Shown piece after piece: positions 25,087 through 37,399 of a stretch of 64,000 nt of DNA; position 1 is the stretch's first letter; every line of letters starts with the position of its first letter. The translations under genes and the position numbers were made by a program. Source of the DNA: Pristiophorus japonicus (Eukaryota); assembly GCF_044704955.1 (NCBI RefSeq), contig NC_091980.1, positions 176,700,001 through 176,764,000 of the forward strand. Direction: 5' to 3'. Under the pieces are notes generated by a model. That model worked only from the letters and a program-made list of their open reading frames with translations. It searched no databases and was not told where the DNA came from.

Positions 25087-25508
25087 GCGAGATCAGGGAG
25101 TGTCGGGGGATCAAGTGTCCATTGTGGTGGATGGGGTTCCCGTCTCGCTGCCCTCCTATGAAGAAGCCGTGTACGGCAGTTCGGGTGCTGCCATCCCACC
25201 TTCTGGTTCCCGTGTGCAGATAGTGATGGCGGAGGGGCCAGTCCCAGTCCCGGGAGGGGAGGGTCCGGGGGACGGCGCACACCACAGCAGAGGTGCCGAC
25301 GACTGCCCGGAATGCCCCACGGACGGTGAAGCCCACGGCAGCGGCAGCCGCTCAGAGACTGTTTTGATTCATCAGCCTGCCTTCTCCTCGCCTGCGCACT
25401 CTCGCAGATCCGCGCTGAGGCTGTCGCGGTCTACGGATACTCAGGACTCCGAGAACAGTGACGTACAGAGTCTTCTGTCCCTCGCCTCCCCTGTGGGATC
25501 TACTGACG
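25087..25508 (+). CDS. SUSD6: SUSD6 exon encoding the cytoplasmic tail
   Basis: tgtccccag|GCGA...GACG|gtaagc; encodes RDQGVSGDQVSIVVDGVPVSLPSYEEAVYGSSG...DSENSDVQSLLSL. Confidence 0.96.
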
Positions 25509-25614
25509 GTAAGCTGCCGCCTCCGACTGGTCTGGGCTTTTTTTGTATAGGACTTTGACTGAACAAGGGGAGGATGAATTGGGCGAAGTCCTGGTTGGGA
25601 TGAGTTTGGATAAC

Positions 25615-26030
25615 AACAACTTTCATTTATATAGCGCCTGTAACGTAAAACATCCCAAGGCACTCTACCGGACAGTTATCAGACAAAATTTAACACTGAG
25701 CCTGAGCCACATGAGATATTAGGACAGGTCAAGGAGATAGGTTTTAAGGAGCATTTCAAAGGAGGAGAGCGAGGTAGAAATGTGGAGAGGTTTAGTGATA
25801 GAATTCTTAGGGCAAAACTTAGGTCCTCAGCAGCTGAAGGCATGGCAGCCAATGGTGGAGTGATAAAAATCGGAGCAGATAAGAATTGGAGCAGTGCTGA
25901 GTTCTTGGAGGATTGTAAACTCGAGGTGTTGCCGGACCCAGAGCCTATGTAAGTCAGCAACCACAGGGGTGATGGGTGAGCAGAACTTGGTGCGAGTTAG
26001 GATCCAGGCAGCAGAGTTTTGGATGAGTTC
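25615..26030 (-). mobile_element. L2 LINE 3' fragment
   Basis: aacaacaactttcatttatatagcgcc tail and L2 body. Confidence 0.8.
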
Positions 26031-27347
26031 AACATATGCTCATGTTACTGAGCTACACAGCTCACATTTTTTAGCCACCTTTTATTGCCTTGAACAAGAC
26101 CAGGAAGCCATTTTCACCAACCCAGCACTGCTTTCATCTACCGGGCAAATCTCCATCAGCACTGTCCCATCAAACACTCCCAGGACAGGTAAAGCACGGG
26201 TTAGATACAGAGTAAAGCTCCCTCTACACTGTTCCATCACACACTCCCAGGGCAGGTAAACAGCTCATGTTCTCTCTACAAATTCTGCTTGTGTCTAGGC
26301 TGGGTTGGATGCAGAATAATGTTCCCTTCACTGCCTCTAATCCTCAAGCCCAACATCAGATGAGAGGCCACACTGTCTTTCCCACAGGGGCCATCATTTG
26401 GGTCTACCTGCTGCTGCTGCTTCATGTCGAATCAATCTGGAATGTCGACAAGCATCCAATGGGACTCTTAATAGCCAGCAGAGGCCAGACTTGCATCCAG
26501 TCACTCTCCGCTTGATTGGTATCCGGATCCCAAAGGTGAAAGGGCAGTGCCTAACTCACTGGGTGACCCAGTTACCCCTCCCCCTCTCCCACCCCCACCC
26601 AGTGTTTGTTAACAAAAACTGAACTGCTTTGCAAATTATTAACGAGCCTCCAGCCAAGCTACCAATATAAAGTTCAGTGGAAACATTTCTTGCTATTTAT
26701 GGACGGGTTGGCTGAGTCCACACAATATATTCCACTCCTAAAATCTTTCAGATTGGAGCCATATTCAGGGTTGGGTCTTTTATTGGTGAACTTACTGACC
26801 TTTGGAATGCCACTGTTTTGGGGTTCACTTTCATACCTTCCGTACCCCTTTGTGCCCCCTTCCCCCAAGTGTCACACTGCGATGCTACACAAGATATGAG
26901 TGCTGGGAATGACTCCTACCTCCTTGTTCTGTGTGGCTCCGCCACCCCCCCCCCCCCCCCCACCCCAGCTGCCCTCTCTCTAGATGCTGCGCATGTTGCC
27001 ATCTGCTGCCCATGTGAAAGCAGATCAAATGCTGCCACACCAGCTCAGTGCAGCCCTTTCTGGTGATATCCATGACAGCTGGTCTGCAGTGAGATCTGGC
27101 ATTCTCTTTCTGCTGGCCTCAGTGGGCCTGTGACTGTTGAACACTGACTAACGTAAAACTCGGGAGATCTTCAGTGTAATTCATTGCTCTCTCCACTTAA
27201 TTGAACCTCCATTTTATATGGAAGCTAAAAATACTTGTCTTTGTCTTTCTTGCTCACTTATCCTGTCTCTCTTTCTTTATCTCTCTCGTTCATTATCTCT
27301 TTCTGACCATCTTTCATTTGTATCTCTCTTCTTGCCTCTTTTTCTCT

Positions 27348-27507
27348 NNNNNNNNNNNNNNNNNNNNNNNNNNNNNNNNNNNNNNNNNNNNNNNNNNNNN
27401 NNNNNNNNNNNNNNNNNNNNNNNNNNNNNNNNNNNNNNNNNNNNNNNNNNNNNNNNNNNNNNNNNNNNNNNNNNNNNNNNNNNNNNNNNNNNNNNNNNNN
27501 NNNNNNN
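27348..27507. other. Assembly gap (160 N)
   Basis: Run of N next to a CT-rich tract. Confidence 1.
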
Positions 27508-27789
27508 CATCTCATGTGCTCTCAGACCCTCGCGTGGTCTCTCGCCGTCTTAGCCAAAAGCTCTCTCTATAGAAGTAGTTCCTCAACCCGACGGGTCGAC
27601 AGGACTAGGATATTATACCAGATATTTAAAACAACATGGCTCAGATTCCCCAAACCATGCTCCCTAAGAGCAAGACTCCCCGCTGGAACGGCAGGATTGT
27701 GGAATTGCCCCTGACAAGAGGTCACTGGTTGTCTTTCTCCCTTCCTGAGGCAGTGGTCCTCATAATGTGACCCATGGTCCAATTGTACC

Positions 27790-29420
27790 CATCATCCCAA
27801 TCACTATCACTAGAGATAAAGTACTAGGCAAACTAATAGGACTAAAGGTGGACAAAGCCCCTAGACCTGATGGCTTACATCCCAGGGTCTTAAAAGAAAT
27901 GGCTGCAGTGATAGTGACTGCATTGGTTATAATCTGCCAAAATTCCATGGATTATGGAGAGGTCCCAGCGGACTGGAAAACCGCAAATGTAATGCCCCTA
28001 TTTAAGAAAGGAGAGAGACAGAAAGCAGGAAACAATAGACCAGTTAGCCTAACCTCTGTCATTGGGAAAATACTGGAGTTCACCATTAAGAAAGTAGTAG
28101 CAGGACTTTTAGAAAATCATAATGCAGTCAAGCAGGGTCAGCATGGTTTTATGAAAGGGAAATCATGTTTGACAAATTTGCTGGACTACTTTGAGGATGT
28201 AACAAGCAAGGTAGATAAAGAGGAACCAGTAGATGTCATGTATTTGGATTTCCAGAAGGCATTCGATAAGGTGCCACATAAAAGGTTACTGCACAAGAGC
28301 TCACGAGGTTGAGGGTAATATATTAACGTGGATAGATGATTGGTTAACTAACAGAAAACAGAGAGTCAGGATAAATGGGTCATTTTCCGGTTGGCAAACT
28401 GTAACTAATGGGGTGCCACAGAGATTAGTGCTGGGGTCTCAACTATTTAAAATTTATATTAATGACTGAGATGAAGGGACCGAGTGTAACGTAGCCAGAT
28501 TTTCTAATGATACAAAGATAGGTGGGAAAGCAGGTTGTGAGGAGGACGCAAAGAATCTACAAAGGGATATAGATAAGCTCAGTGAGTGGGCAAAAATTTG
28601 GCAGATGGTGTTTAATGTGAGAAAATGTGAGGTTATCTACTTTGATAGGAAAAATAAAAAAGCAAATTATTATTTAAATGAGGAGAGGTTACAAAATGCT
28701 GCAGTACAGCGGGAACTGGGGATTCTTGTACACGAAACACACAAAGTTCACATGCAGGTACAGCAAGTAATTAGGAAGGCAAATAGAATGTTGGTCTTTA
28801 TTGTAAGGGGGATGGAGAATAAAAGTAGAGATATCCTGCTCCAAATGTACAGGGTATTGGTAAGACCACACCTGGAGTACTGCGTACAGTTTTGGTCTCC
28901 TTATTTAAGGAAGGATATACTTGCATTGAAGGTTCATGAGGTTGATTCCTGAGATGAAGGGGTTGTCATATGAAGATAGGTTGAGTAGGTTGGGCCAATA
29001 CTCATTGGAGTTTAGAAGAATGAGAGGTGATCTTATTGAAACATATAAGATTATGAGGGGACTTGACAGGTTAAATGCAGTGAGAATGTTTCCGTTCACG
29101 AGGGAATATAGAACTAGGGGACATAATTTCAGAATAAAGGGTCGCCCATTTAAAATGGAAATGAGGAGGAATTTCTTTTCTGAGGGTCGTGAATCTTTAG
29201 AATTCTCTGTGGAGCTGTGGCGGCTGGGTCGTTGAACATATTTAAGGTGGAGATAAACAAATTTTTGAATGGTGAGGGAGTAAAGGGTTACGGGGAATGG
29301 GCAGGAAACTGGAGTTGAGGCCAAGATCAGATCAGCCATGATCTTATTGAATGGTGGAGCAGGCTCGATGGGCCAAATGGCCTACTCCTGCTCCTATTTC
29401 TTATGTTCTTAATGTTCTTA
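27790..29420 (+). mobile_element. CR1 LINE, RT to 3' end, decayed
   Basis: ORFs 27767-28312, 28605-28952 and 28936-29235 (PDGLHPRVLKE, YLDFQKAFDKVPH); TTCTTATG tail. Confidence 0.94.
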
Positions 29421-29424
29421 TCAC

Positions 29425-29765
29425 AATAACAACTTGCATTTATATAGTGCCTTTAACATAGTAAAATGTCCTAAGGCACTTCACAGAAGCGTAATCAGAC
29501 AAAAAATGACACCGAGTTACATAAATCAATAAGGAGATATTAGGATGGGTGACCAAAAGCCTAGTCAAAAATGTAGGTTTTAAGGAGCGTCTTAAAAGAG
29601 GGGGAGGACAGGTAGAGAATTGGAGGGGTTTATCGAAGAAATTTCAGCGCCTAGGGCCGAGGCACAGCTGGCAACAGTGGGGCAAAGGGAGTGGGGGATG
29701 TACAAGAGACCAGAGTTGGAGTTCTTGGAGGGTTGTAGGAGGCGGTTACAGAGATAGGGAGGGGG
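29425..29765 (-). mobile_element. L2 LINE 3' fragment
   Basis: Same tail and body as the other L2 ends. Confidence 0.75.
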
Positions 29766-29900
29766 GAGGCTGCCTTTCCACCCCTATGAGGCTCAGCAGG
29801 GGAGGCTGTTCTGTCAATGTGCTGTAAGAAGGTTGTGAGCAACTAGCTCAGCCTTTGATCCATTCACCCTTAACTCGAACCCTGTTCTATTTTGTTTCAG

Positions 29901-29926
29901 ATATTCCTTTGCTCAAGGATGCGTAA
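29901..29926 (+). CDS. SUSD6: SUSD6 last coding exon (DIPLLKDA*)
   Basis: ttttgtttcag|AT ATT CCT TTG CTC AAG GAT GCG TAA; phase fits the previous exon and matches the known SUSD6 C-terminus DDIPLLKEA. Confidence 0.93.
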
Positions 29927-30911
29927 GGTCATCTGTACTGGGTGCCCTGCTCAGCTTCCTCCTCTCCTTCATCCTCCTCCACACTCGACTCTCTGTCTCC
30001 GATTGACTGACTCCACATCTAACCCCTTCGCAGGAGCTTCGCAAAGAAGCCCCGCCCTCCGAAGCCCGGTATGGGAGTGACTCGCAGGGAGGCGGTTCTA
30101 TCCACACTTTGCGCTGGGCACATTCCGGCTATGGAGAGGATGCCTGCATAGGCAGATAACTCTGACATCCTTCACGACGCGGGACTTAGACTAGATGTTC
30201 AGTAGTGGGTGGTAGCTTGATCTGTGCATTTTAAACACTGCTTCCCCTGCCTCTGGTTTGGTCCTCAGTGCCATCCCTGCCTCCACCGCCCTTAACTGCT
30301 GTCCATTCCACTTTACGATAGGCCACTGGGCCTAAGCTACTTCTTGCCCCCTTCCCTAGCACCAGACGGAATGCTGACGGGCGTCAAGCCCTCGAGCTAA
30401 CTCACCAACTCGGAGCATTGGCTGGGTTGAAGTTTGACATCGGAACGCGTGCTCTTGGCCCGGCGCTGGAGTGATTTGCCCCTTTCATGTGGCTCCGAGG
30501 CCCATTGAGTTTGCACGTCATTGCTGACACTAGTCCTCTTGTGAACTCTTTCAATGTTGGGAAGGGTGAGGTGCAGTGCAGGCTGAGACTGGCAGACGTT
30601 CATTGGTGAGGCACGCGCGCCCCTCTGCTGGGATATCTCTGGGGTGGAACTGACTAGAACAGGTTGGTGAAACAACCAATCTATGATGGAAGACCAGGAG
30701 AGATGGGTCGTTCAACGGCTGACCTGTGGAGGAAGATACTCAGTGATGGCTACATTTTGGACTCCCTGTAAACTGCTCTCAGTCCTGCAAAACCAGCTCC
30801 AGCATGTTAGCAGGTGGGCTATCAGTCAGAGGCTGGGCTTCCCCCTACACATCTGTGACTGGGAAATGCTGGCGTACCTGAGGAAGTGGTCAAAGAATGT
30901 TGAATATGCAG

Positions 30912-31235
30912 CAGACAATTTGCGCACAGCAAGCTCCCACAATGATGTAATAATGATCAGTGATGTTGGTTGAGGGATAAATATTGGCCAAAAAACTAGG
31001 GAGAACTCTTTGCTCTTTGAAATAGTGCCAGGGGATCGTTTACATCCACTAGAGCGGGCAGACAGGGAGCCGGTTTAACCTCCCATTTGAAAGATGACAC
31101 CTCTGACAGTGCAGCGCTCCCTCAGTACTGCACTGGAGTGTCAGCCTAGATTTTGTGCTCAAGTCTCTGGGGTGGGGCTTGAACCCACAACCTCCGACTC
31201 CGGCAAGTGTTACCAACTGAGCCACGGCTGACACA
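30912..31235 (-). mobile_element. DeuSINE within the putative 3'UTR
   Basis: Reverse-complement head gtcagccgtggctcagttggtaac...gggttcaagcccc. Confidence 0.88.
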
Positions 31236-31654
31236 GAAAAGGTTGTACTTAGTATGTACTCTCTTTCTCCATTACCACTGTGGTCTCAGCAGATCGATTA
31301 AACCCCTCTGATCCAGTAAAACCTGTGCATGTAAGGATATAGCATGAAGACTGGGACCTCTCTATCTGAAATCCCCATCACTCCGCTCCTGCCTGCAGTC
31401 CTCCATAGCAAATATCGGTGGATATTCTCAGCCTTTGTGCAATGTATAAAGGGAAAGTGGAAATCTATATTCTTTTCTTTTTGCCTTGAAGATGTGAATG
31501 GTGTTTGTGTGTGTTTCTCCTGTACTGGCCTCCGCTTTAGTTGAAGGGCCGGGAAAAGTCGGAAACCAGGGCAAGGCTCCAACAATAAGAAAGGAGATAA
31601 AGATGGGTAGATATGTTTCCAAAACAAAAAAAACTTGCCCTAACTCAAGTGTCA

Positions 31655-32200
31655 ACACTTGTATTTATATAGCGCCTTTAACGCAGTAATTTTTCCTAAG
31701 GCGACAGACTGTAATTCCTGTATTGGGCTGTTCAGTCACCTGAGAACTCACTTTTGGAGTGGAAGCAAGTCTTCCTCGATTTCGAGGGACTGCCTATGAT
31801 GATGATTTTCTTAAGGCACTTCACAGGTGCGTTATCGAACAACATTTGACATCAAGCCACATAAGGAGATATTACGACAAGTGAAGGAGGTAGGTTTTAA
31901 GGAGGAAAGAGAAGTAGAGATGGGGAGAAGTTTAGTGACAGAATTCTTTGAGCAAAGCTTAGGTCCTCGACAGCTGAAGGCACGGCTGCCAATGGTGGAG
32001 TGATAACATTCGGGGACAGGTGACCAAAAGCTTGGTCAAAGAGGTAGGTTTTAAGGAGTAGAGAAAAGTGGAGAGATTTACGTGGGTAATTCCAGAGCTC
32101 GGAGCCCTGGAGCAGGTTACAGAGATGGGACGGAGTGAGGCCGTTGAGGGATTTGAACACAAGGATGAGAGTTTTAAAATCTAGGCGTTGCAAAGTGATT
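31655..32200 (-). mobile_element. L2 3' fragment containing a ~100-bp RTE 3' tail (+, 31703-31805)
   Basis: RTE tail ...gggactgcctatgatgatgat flanked by ttttc(c/t)taaggc duplication. Confidence 0.8.
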
Positions 32201-32614
32201 AAAAACCCAAGTGTCCAGAGACGGAGAAATTGGAACATGCAAGGGAAGAATGCAGGTGAGGGACCCCCTCGCTAATGAACGTCTGCTGAGCACCAGCCGG
32301 AGATGTGGGGGCCTCGAGAGGGGACCTGTCACAATGTCCCCTATGTGTGAAGCTTCCCGTGTGTGGGTCACTGACCCTCCCTACACCTAAGGGTCAATGT
32401 TCCTTGCAAGCTGCGCTTTGTTCTGCACGCCCTGTTTCTTTCAATGTCCCTTTAAATTTTTACAGGTTATTTCCAAAGTAAGGGTTTGTAAGCGGCCTGC
32501 ATGGGACCTTGCAGATAACTGCGTGACTGCAAACGCGCAGCTTGGAGAGAACTTTGCTAAGGGTGCTACTAATCTGTGAACTCCAATAGCATAACTTCGA
32601 AGTTGGGTAACTAC

Positions 32615-33085
32615 ATAAAAAGACAGGCATGGAAAAACCCTCTGGCCCATCCAGCTTATCCCACAAAACTGCGATACCTTGCGGATCACAATACTGACGC
32701 ACTCCAGCCCAGCTGGAGACCATGTGATCTCCTGGGAGAGGTGAAAAACCAGATAAAACCCAGCCCAATTTGAGGAAAATCTGAAAAGTTCCTCTCCGAC
32801 CCCCTTAGGTGATCGAACCTAGTCCATGAGACCACTCTGGCCCTGATTAATGTTACACGGTAGCTATCTTGAATGAAGCGATCTCCGACCCAGCTGAAAA
32901 CAACTCCAGCTCTCACTTGAAGGAATGCAGCTAATGGACGTTCACCACACGAGCCGGCGGCCTGTTCCACGGGCACACTTTTCTCTGGAGAACCACCTCC
33001 TCACATCTAACCTAATTGTGGCATTGCGCAACTTGAGATTGTGACCCCCCATCCCGTGGTCCTTCCCTAACCTATCCAGCTGATC
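32615..33085 (-). mobile_element. Divergent CR1-like 3' end with long 3'UTR
   Basis: Minus strand encodes GHNLKLRNATIRLDVRRWFS (CR1 C-terminal motif) followed by a 3'UTR ending gatgggccagagggttt. Confidence 0.65.
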
Positions 33086-34110
33086 CGAGTGTTGGGGTAT
33101 AGCAGTGTGGGGGAGGCCATCAAGCACCACTCGGGCTTGATGCTGCGCGGGAGTGGAGGGCCATTGCAGGGTCGAATGAGAACACTTGGGCATGCCCTTT
33201 GACCTTCTTGGCCCGTTATGAACTGAAACAGTTTTATTTGTCATTTTTTGGGGGGTAAGATGGTAAGGATACTCCCACCCGCACGACACAATGGCCGGGA
33301 CTGGACTCTGCACGCGCATGTAAACAGGTATCTGTTGGCGCCCAGAGAAATTACAGCTATTTGGTCCAACTAATCCATGCCAGTGTTTATGCTCCACACG
33401 AGCCTCCTCTCCAACCTACTTCATCTAAATCTATCAGCATAGGCTTCTATTCCTTTCTCCCTCATAAGCTTCCTCTTAAATGCATCTATGTTGTTCGCCT
33501 TAACTACTTGTGGTAGCAAGTGCCACATCTTCACCACGCTCTTTGGGGAAGAAATGAACCTACACCTGCTGCTCAGGCTGACAATCTGATCCACAGCTAC
33601 CGGTCTCGAACCGGCAGCACCATCTAACTGGGACCCTGTTATTTCCACCTTCCTAGCCCTGCCATCCGAGAGGCTTTGTGTGTGTGCCCGTGCCAAGGTG
33701 CAGCGTGAATGCTTGGATTAACCAGTGCTTTCTTTTGTAACCGATCTGTCTCTTGGGCTCTCTCTGTAGCGGGGGGAGGTGTGCATTGACGATTAGATTT
33801 TACCATTTTATCATTGTTGTAAATAAATAAATAATTTCTCCGACGTTTCCTAAACGAGGAACGGGATGCTGTTGTACAGCAGTCCCGCTGCTGATGCAGA
33901 GGCAAGAGCGCGGTTTCTTGTGACGTGGCTGTTAGTGTAATGGAATGGAACTGTGGAATGTGTCGAGGTCACTCAACCTGTGCATCTTTGGCTTTTGCTT
34001 TTAAGTTTCTTTGGAATCCTGTATATTGCAATGGGTGTGAAGATAGTATTTTAATATTTGTACAAAGTTAATTTAAGTTTAATTGTACTATGTATATAAC
34101 TGCATTTCTA

Positions 34111-34116
34111 AATAAA
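34111..34116 (+). terminator. Candidate SUSD6 polyadenylation signal AATAAA
   Basis: AATAAA at the end of an AU-rich unique segment with upstream TGTA motifs. Confidence 0.5.
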
Positions 34117-34140
34117 TTTACTCTTTAAGTGAAATAAAAT

Positions 34141-34780
34141 GAAAGAACTTGCATTTATATAGCATTTTTCACAAACTCAGGATATCTCAAAGTGCTTTAC
34201 AGCCAATGAATTACTTTTGAAGTGTAGTCATTGTTGTAATGTAGGGAAATGCAGCAGCCAATTTGCGCACAGCCAATTTGCGCCAGCAAGCTCCCACTAA
34301 ATAGTAATGTGCTGATAACTAAATCATATGTTTTAGGTGTTGGTCGAGGGATAAATATTGGCCGGGTCACCTGAGAAGATCTTCCCAGCTCTCCTTGAAG
34401 AGTCCCATGGGATCATTTATGTCCACCTGAGAGGGCAGACTGGGCCTCAGTTTAATGTCTTGTCCGAAAGACTGTACCTCTGACAATGCAGCACTCCCTC
34501 AGGGCACTTCTCAGCGCCGAGCTTGCTGCCAACATCTCGTCGTAGGCAACTAGGCCCATACAGCAGTGCCTGGTCTCCAATCGTCTTGGACCCCCTTGCC
34601 ACTGGACCAGGACAGCTTAGCCAGTGTGCAACGACCACCCCACGTTAAAAGAACTCACGCATAGGCATCTTCCACTCCCTTAGTACTGTCCACCTAGATT
34701 ATGGGCTGAAATCTCTGGAGTGGGACTTGAACCCACAACCTTCAGACTCGGAGGCAAGGGTGCAACCAACTGAGCAACAA
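34141..34780 (-). mobile_element. DeuSINE with a 170-bp foreign insert at 34503-34672
   Basis: SINE sequence on both sides; insert flanked by cactccct(c/t)ag. Confidence 0.85.
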
Positions 34781-35989
34781 CTAGCACCATGTACACTAGG
34801 TTTCATTTGGGAAGGGGGTGCCAATGGGTAATAATCAGGAGCAGTTGATTTATTATTTTCCCTTCTCTAATCCATAAGCGTGTGGCTAATTGAAGCACCT
34901 CTAGCACAGCCCTCAATCAACACATCTTGGAAATTGAGCCCGAGATCGTCCTGGTATGCCTCTAGGCAGGATATGTAACCTACTGATGCATCGGCGGAAG
35001 CCTTTTGGGATCTGGGGTGTGTTGCTACAGAGCATGCTCCTGCAAGGAATGGGTGTGCACTCCATATTGGGCAAAAGGAAACTCGTCAATGGTTTAGAGT
35101 CAACCATGGTGACGGGATTCTGCCTTCAGATACCGAGCTGACCAAAATGGTGTCACTGAGCTCCGTTCCACAGACTCTTTGTCTGATTTTTGCACAATTC
35201 TTTGGTGTCATTTCTTCCTTTGATTTCCATTCAGTAATTTTCTTTACATTTTTTAGATTATATCCTCTATCGCTATGTTTTGGCCTTATTCAGAAGCTAT
35301 TTTGACTCCCTCCGTTGTGTTTATACAGGATATTGTCACAAATCCCTATTTCCCCTATGTGGAGGTATAGGATGTTGTCATACGTCCTTTACCTCTAATG
35401 CAAGCTCAAGGAGTAGGGAAACACTCCAATGTCTTGTTGATACTTTTTTTTAATTAAATCAAATCAATGATAAAACATAACCCCCTACAACAACAACTTG
35501 CATTAACGTAGTAAAATGTCTCGAGGTGCTTCACAGGAGTGTAAAGAAAAGTTGACACTGAGCCACATAAGGAGATATTAGGACAGATTTGGGGAAGGAT
35601 TTTTGACAGGTTTGCGACCGCTTTTTCACCGGGGTGAACAAAAACGACTTTCTTTTGGCACTAAACGAGTTGCACAACATTTTGCACCCAGGTGGAAATT
35701 TCGGCAGTGGTTTTGTGGCGGCGCTAAAACTTAGCGCACATCCAATGTTTTCACGGTTTGAATGTCAATCGGCGGGCAACATTGCGCTATTGCCCTGGGC
35801 AGAAAATTCGGCAATATCACCTGATTTATCATCCGTCTGGAACCCGCCAGAAAAAACCAGTCGAACCCAGCGCTAACATGAAAACGGAGCAAACGTTCAG
35901 TGAATAGAAGGATTTGGAGAAGGCGGCTGTGTTTTACACACTGATGTTTTATGTGAGTTTATAGTTTGTTTTAAAGGATACTTAAACTG

Positions 35990-37140
35990 GGGCTATACTA
36001 TGTCAGCCATTATTCCTGGCTGCTTTTTCTATGCAGTGTTGAGCTGGAAGAAGGCTTATTGATGAGCATTTTGAGCGTAATCGAAGAGGTTGCAGATGTA
36101 TGGGGAGGAGGCCTTCAACGAGTTTACAGGCAACAGCACTCATACCTGCAGCTCTCTGAGGCACAGTGCATTAGAAGGCTGCACTTCCAAAAAGAGGCGG
36201 GCCCAGGAATATGCCAGCTCATAAAGGCAGGCCTACAGCCTCCCAGCAGCAACAGGACTGCACTGTCCATCAAGGTGAAGGTGACTGCGGCACTTGCCTC
36301 CGGCTCCTTTCAGGCATCAGCGGGGGACATATGCTCCATCTCGCAGTATGCTACACATTGCTGTATTCGCCAGGTGACTACTGCACTGTGCGCACGCAAG
36401 ATGGACTTTATAAACTTCTCAATGACCAAGGAGGCCCAGAATTAGAGGGCTGTAGGTTTTGAATGAATTGCTGGCTTCCCCAAGGTTCAGGGTGCCTTTG
36501 ACTCTACGCACATCGCCCTGCGAGCACCTTTACAGAATGCAGAGGTTTACCGAAACCAAAAGTGATTCCTCTCCAAGAACATATAGATCGTCTGTGACTA
36601 TACTCAGCGCATAGTGGCAGTCAATGCCCAATATCCAGGGAGCATCCATGATGCCTTCATCTTGCGTGAGAGCACTGTCTCAGGCCTGTTCGAATGTCAA
36701 CCCCAAGGCCAGAGCTGGATGCTGGGGGTCAAAGGTTACGGCCTAGTCACCTGGCTCATGACCCCCCCCCCCCTCGGAACTCTCAGACAGAAGCCGAGCA
36801 TCGCTATAATGAAAGCCATAGAGCCACACGCAACATCTTCGAACAGACAACTGGAGTGCTCAAGCAGCGCTTCCAATGCCTGGACCACTCTGGAGGATGC
36901 CTGCAATACTCCCCTCAGCAGGTCTCTGAGTTCATTGTGGTGTGCTGCATGCTACACAACTTAGCCATCATGAGGGGACAAGAATTGCCAATAGGGACTG
37001 CAGGACCATCTCAGGAGAGAGGGGAGGAGGGGGACGAGGAGCCTGGCGAGGAACCCATGCCACCACCACCATGGCCTCGTGCAGCTTTCGCCAATGCAAA
37101 AGCCTTACATCAGCAGCTCATAATTCAATGCTTTGCTTGA
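35990..37140 (+). pseudogene. Harbinger (HARBI1-like, DDE_Tnp_4) transposase pseudogene
   Basis: ASGSFQ, GFPKVQGAFDSTHI, YPGSIHDAFILRES, GVKGY (degenerate GDxGY), YNESHRATRNIFEQTTGVLKQRFQCL, CCMLHN; several stops and frameshifts. Confidence 0.92.
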
Positions 37141-37399
37141 AGAGTGAACGGCACGTTTGACCATTGTCTGGCCACTCTATCCCACCATGTTGACTATTCC
37201 CCCTCTTAGTCTGCAAAGGAGACACTACACAGGAATGGTTAAGGTGAACAAAAGAATTTAATAAACATTGTAAACTTTTTAAACATCATTTTGAAACTTA
37301 AATAAAATTTGAACTTGAACAGAATTTTAAAACTTTTACAAAATAACAAAACAGAACAGCCCCTGCATTGAACATCTTTTACCTCTGGCTCCCTGCCTT

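Larger units (their letters stand above)
29927..34140 (+). other. SUSD6: Probable SUSD6 3'UTR
   Basis: Follows the stop codon; AU-rich distal segment with AATAAA at 33822, 34111 and 34133. The true 3' end is inferred. Confidence 0.55.

Noticed and set aside
25509-25558. ORF read-through past the SUSD6 donor giving an alternative C-terminus
   Set aside because: The donor is strong (G|gtaagc) and a conserved downstream terminal exon exists; no evidence for intron retention.
31170-31235. tRNA-like A/B-box sequences
   Set aside because: They are SINE heads continuous with Deu-domain bodies, not tRNA genes.
36059-37140. Possible domesticated HARBI1 gene
   Set aside because: Multiple stops, frameshifts and loss of a catalytic Asp (GVKGY); it sits in transposon context.
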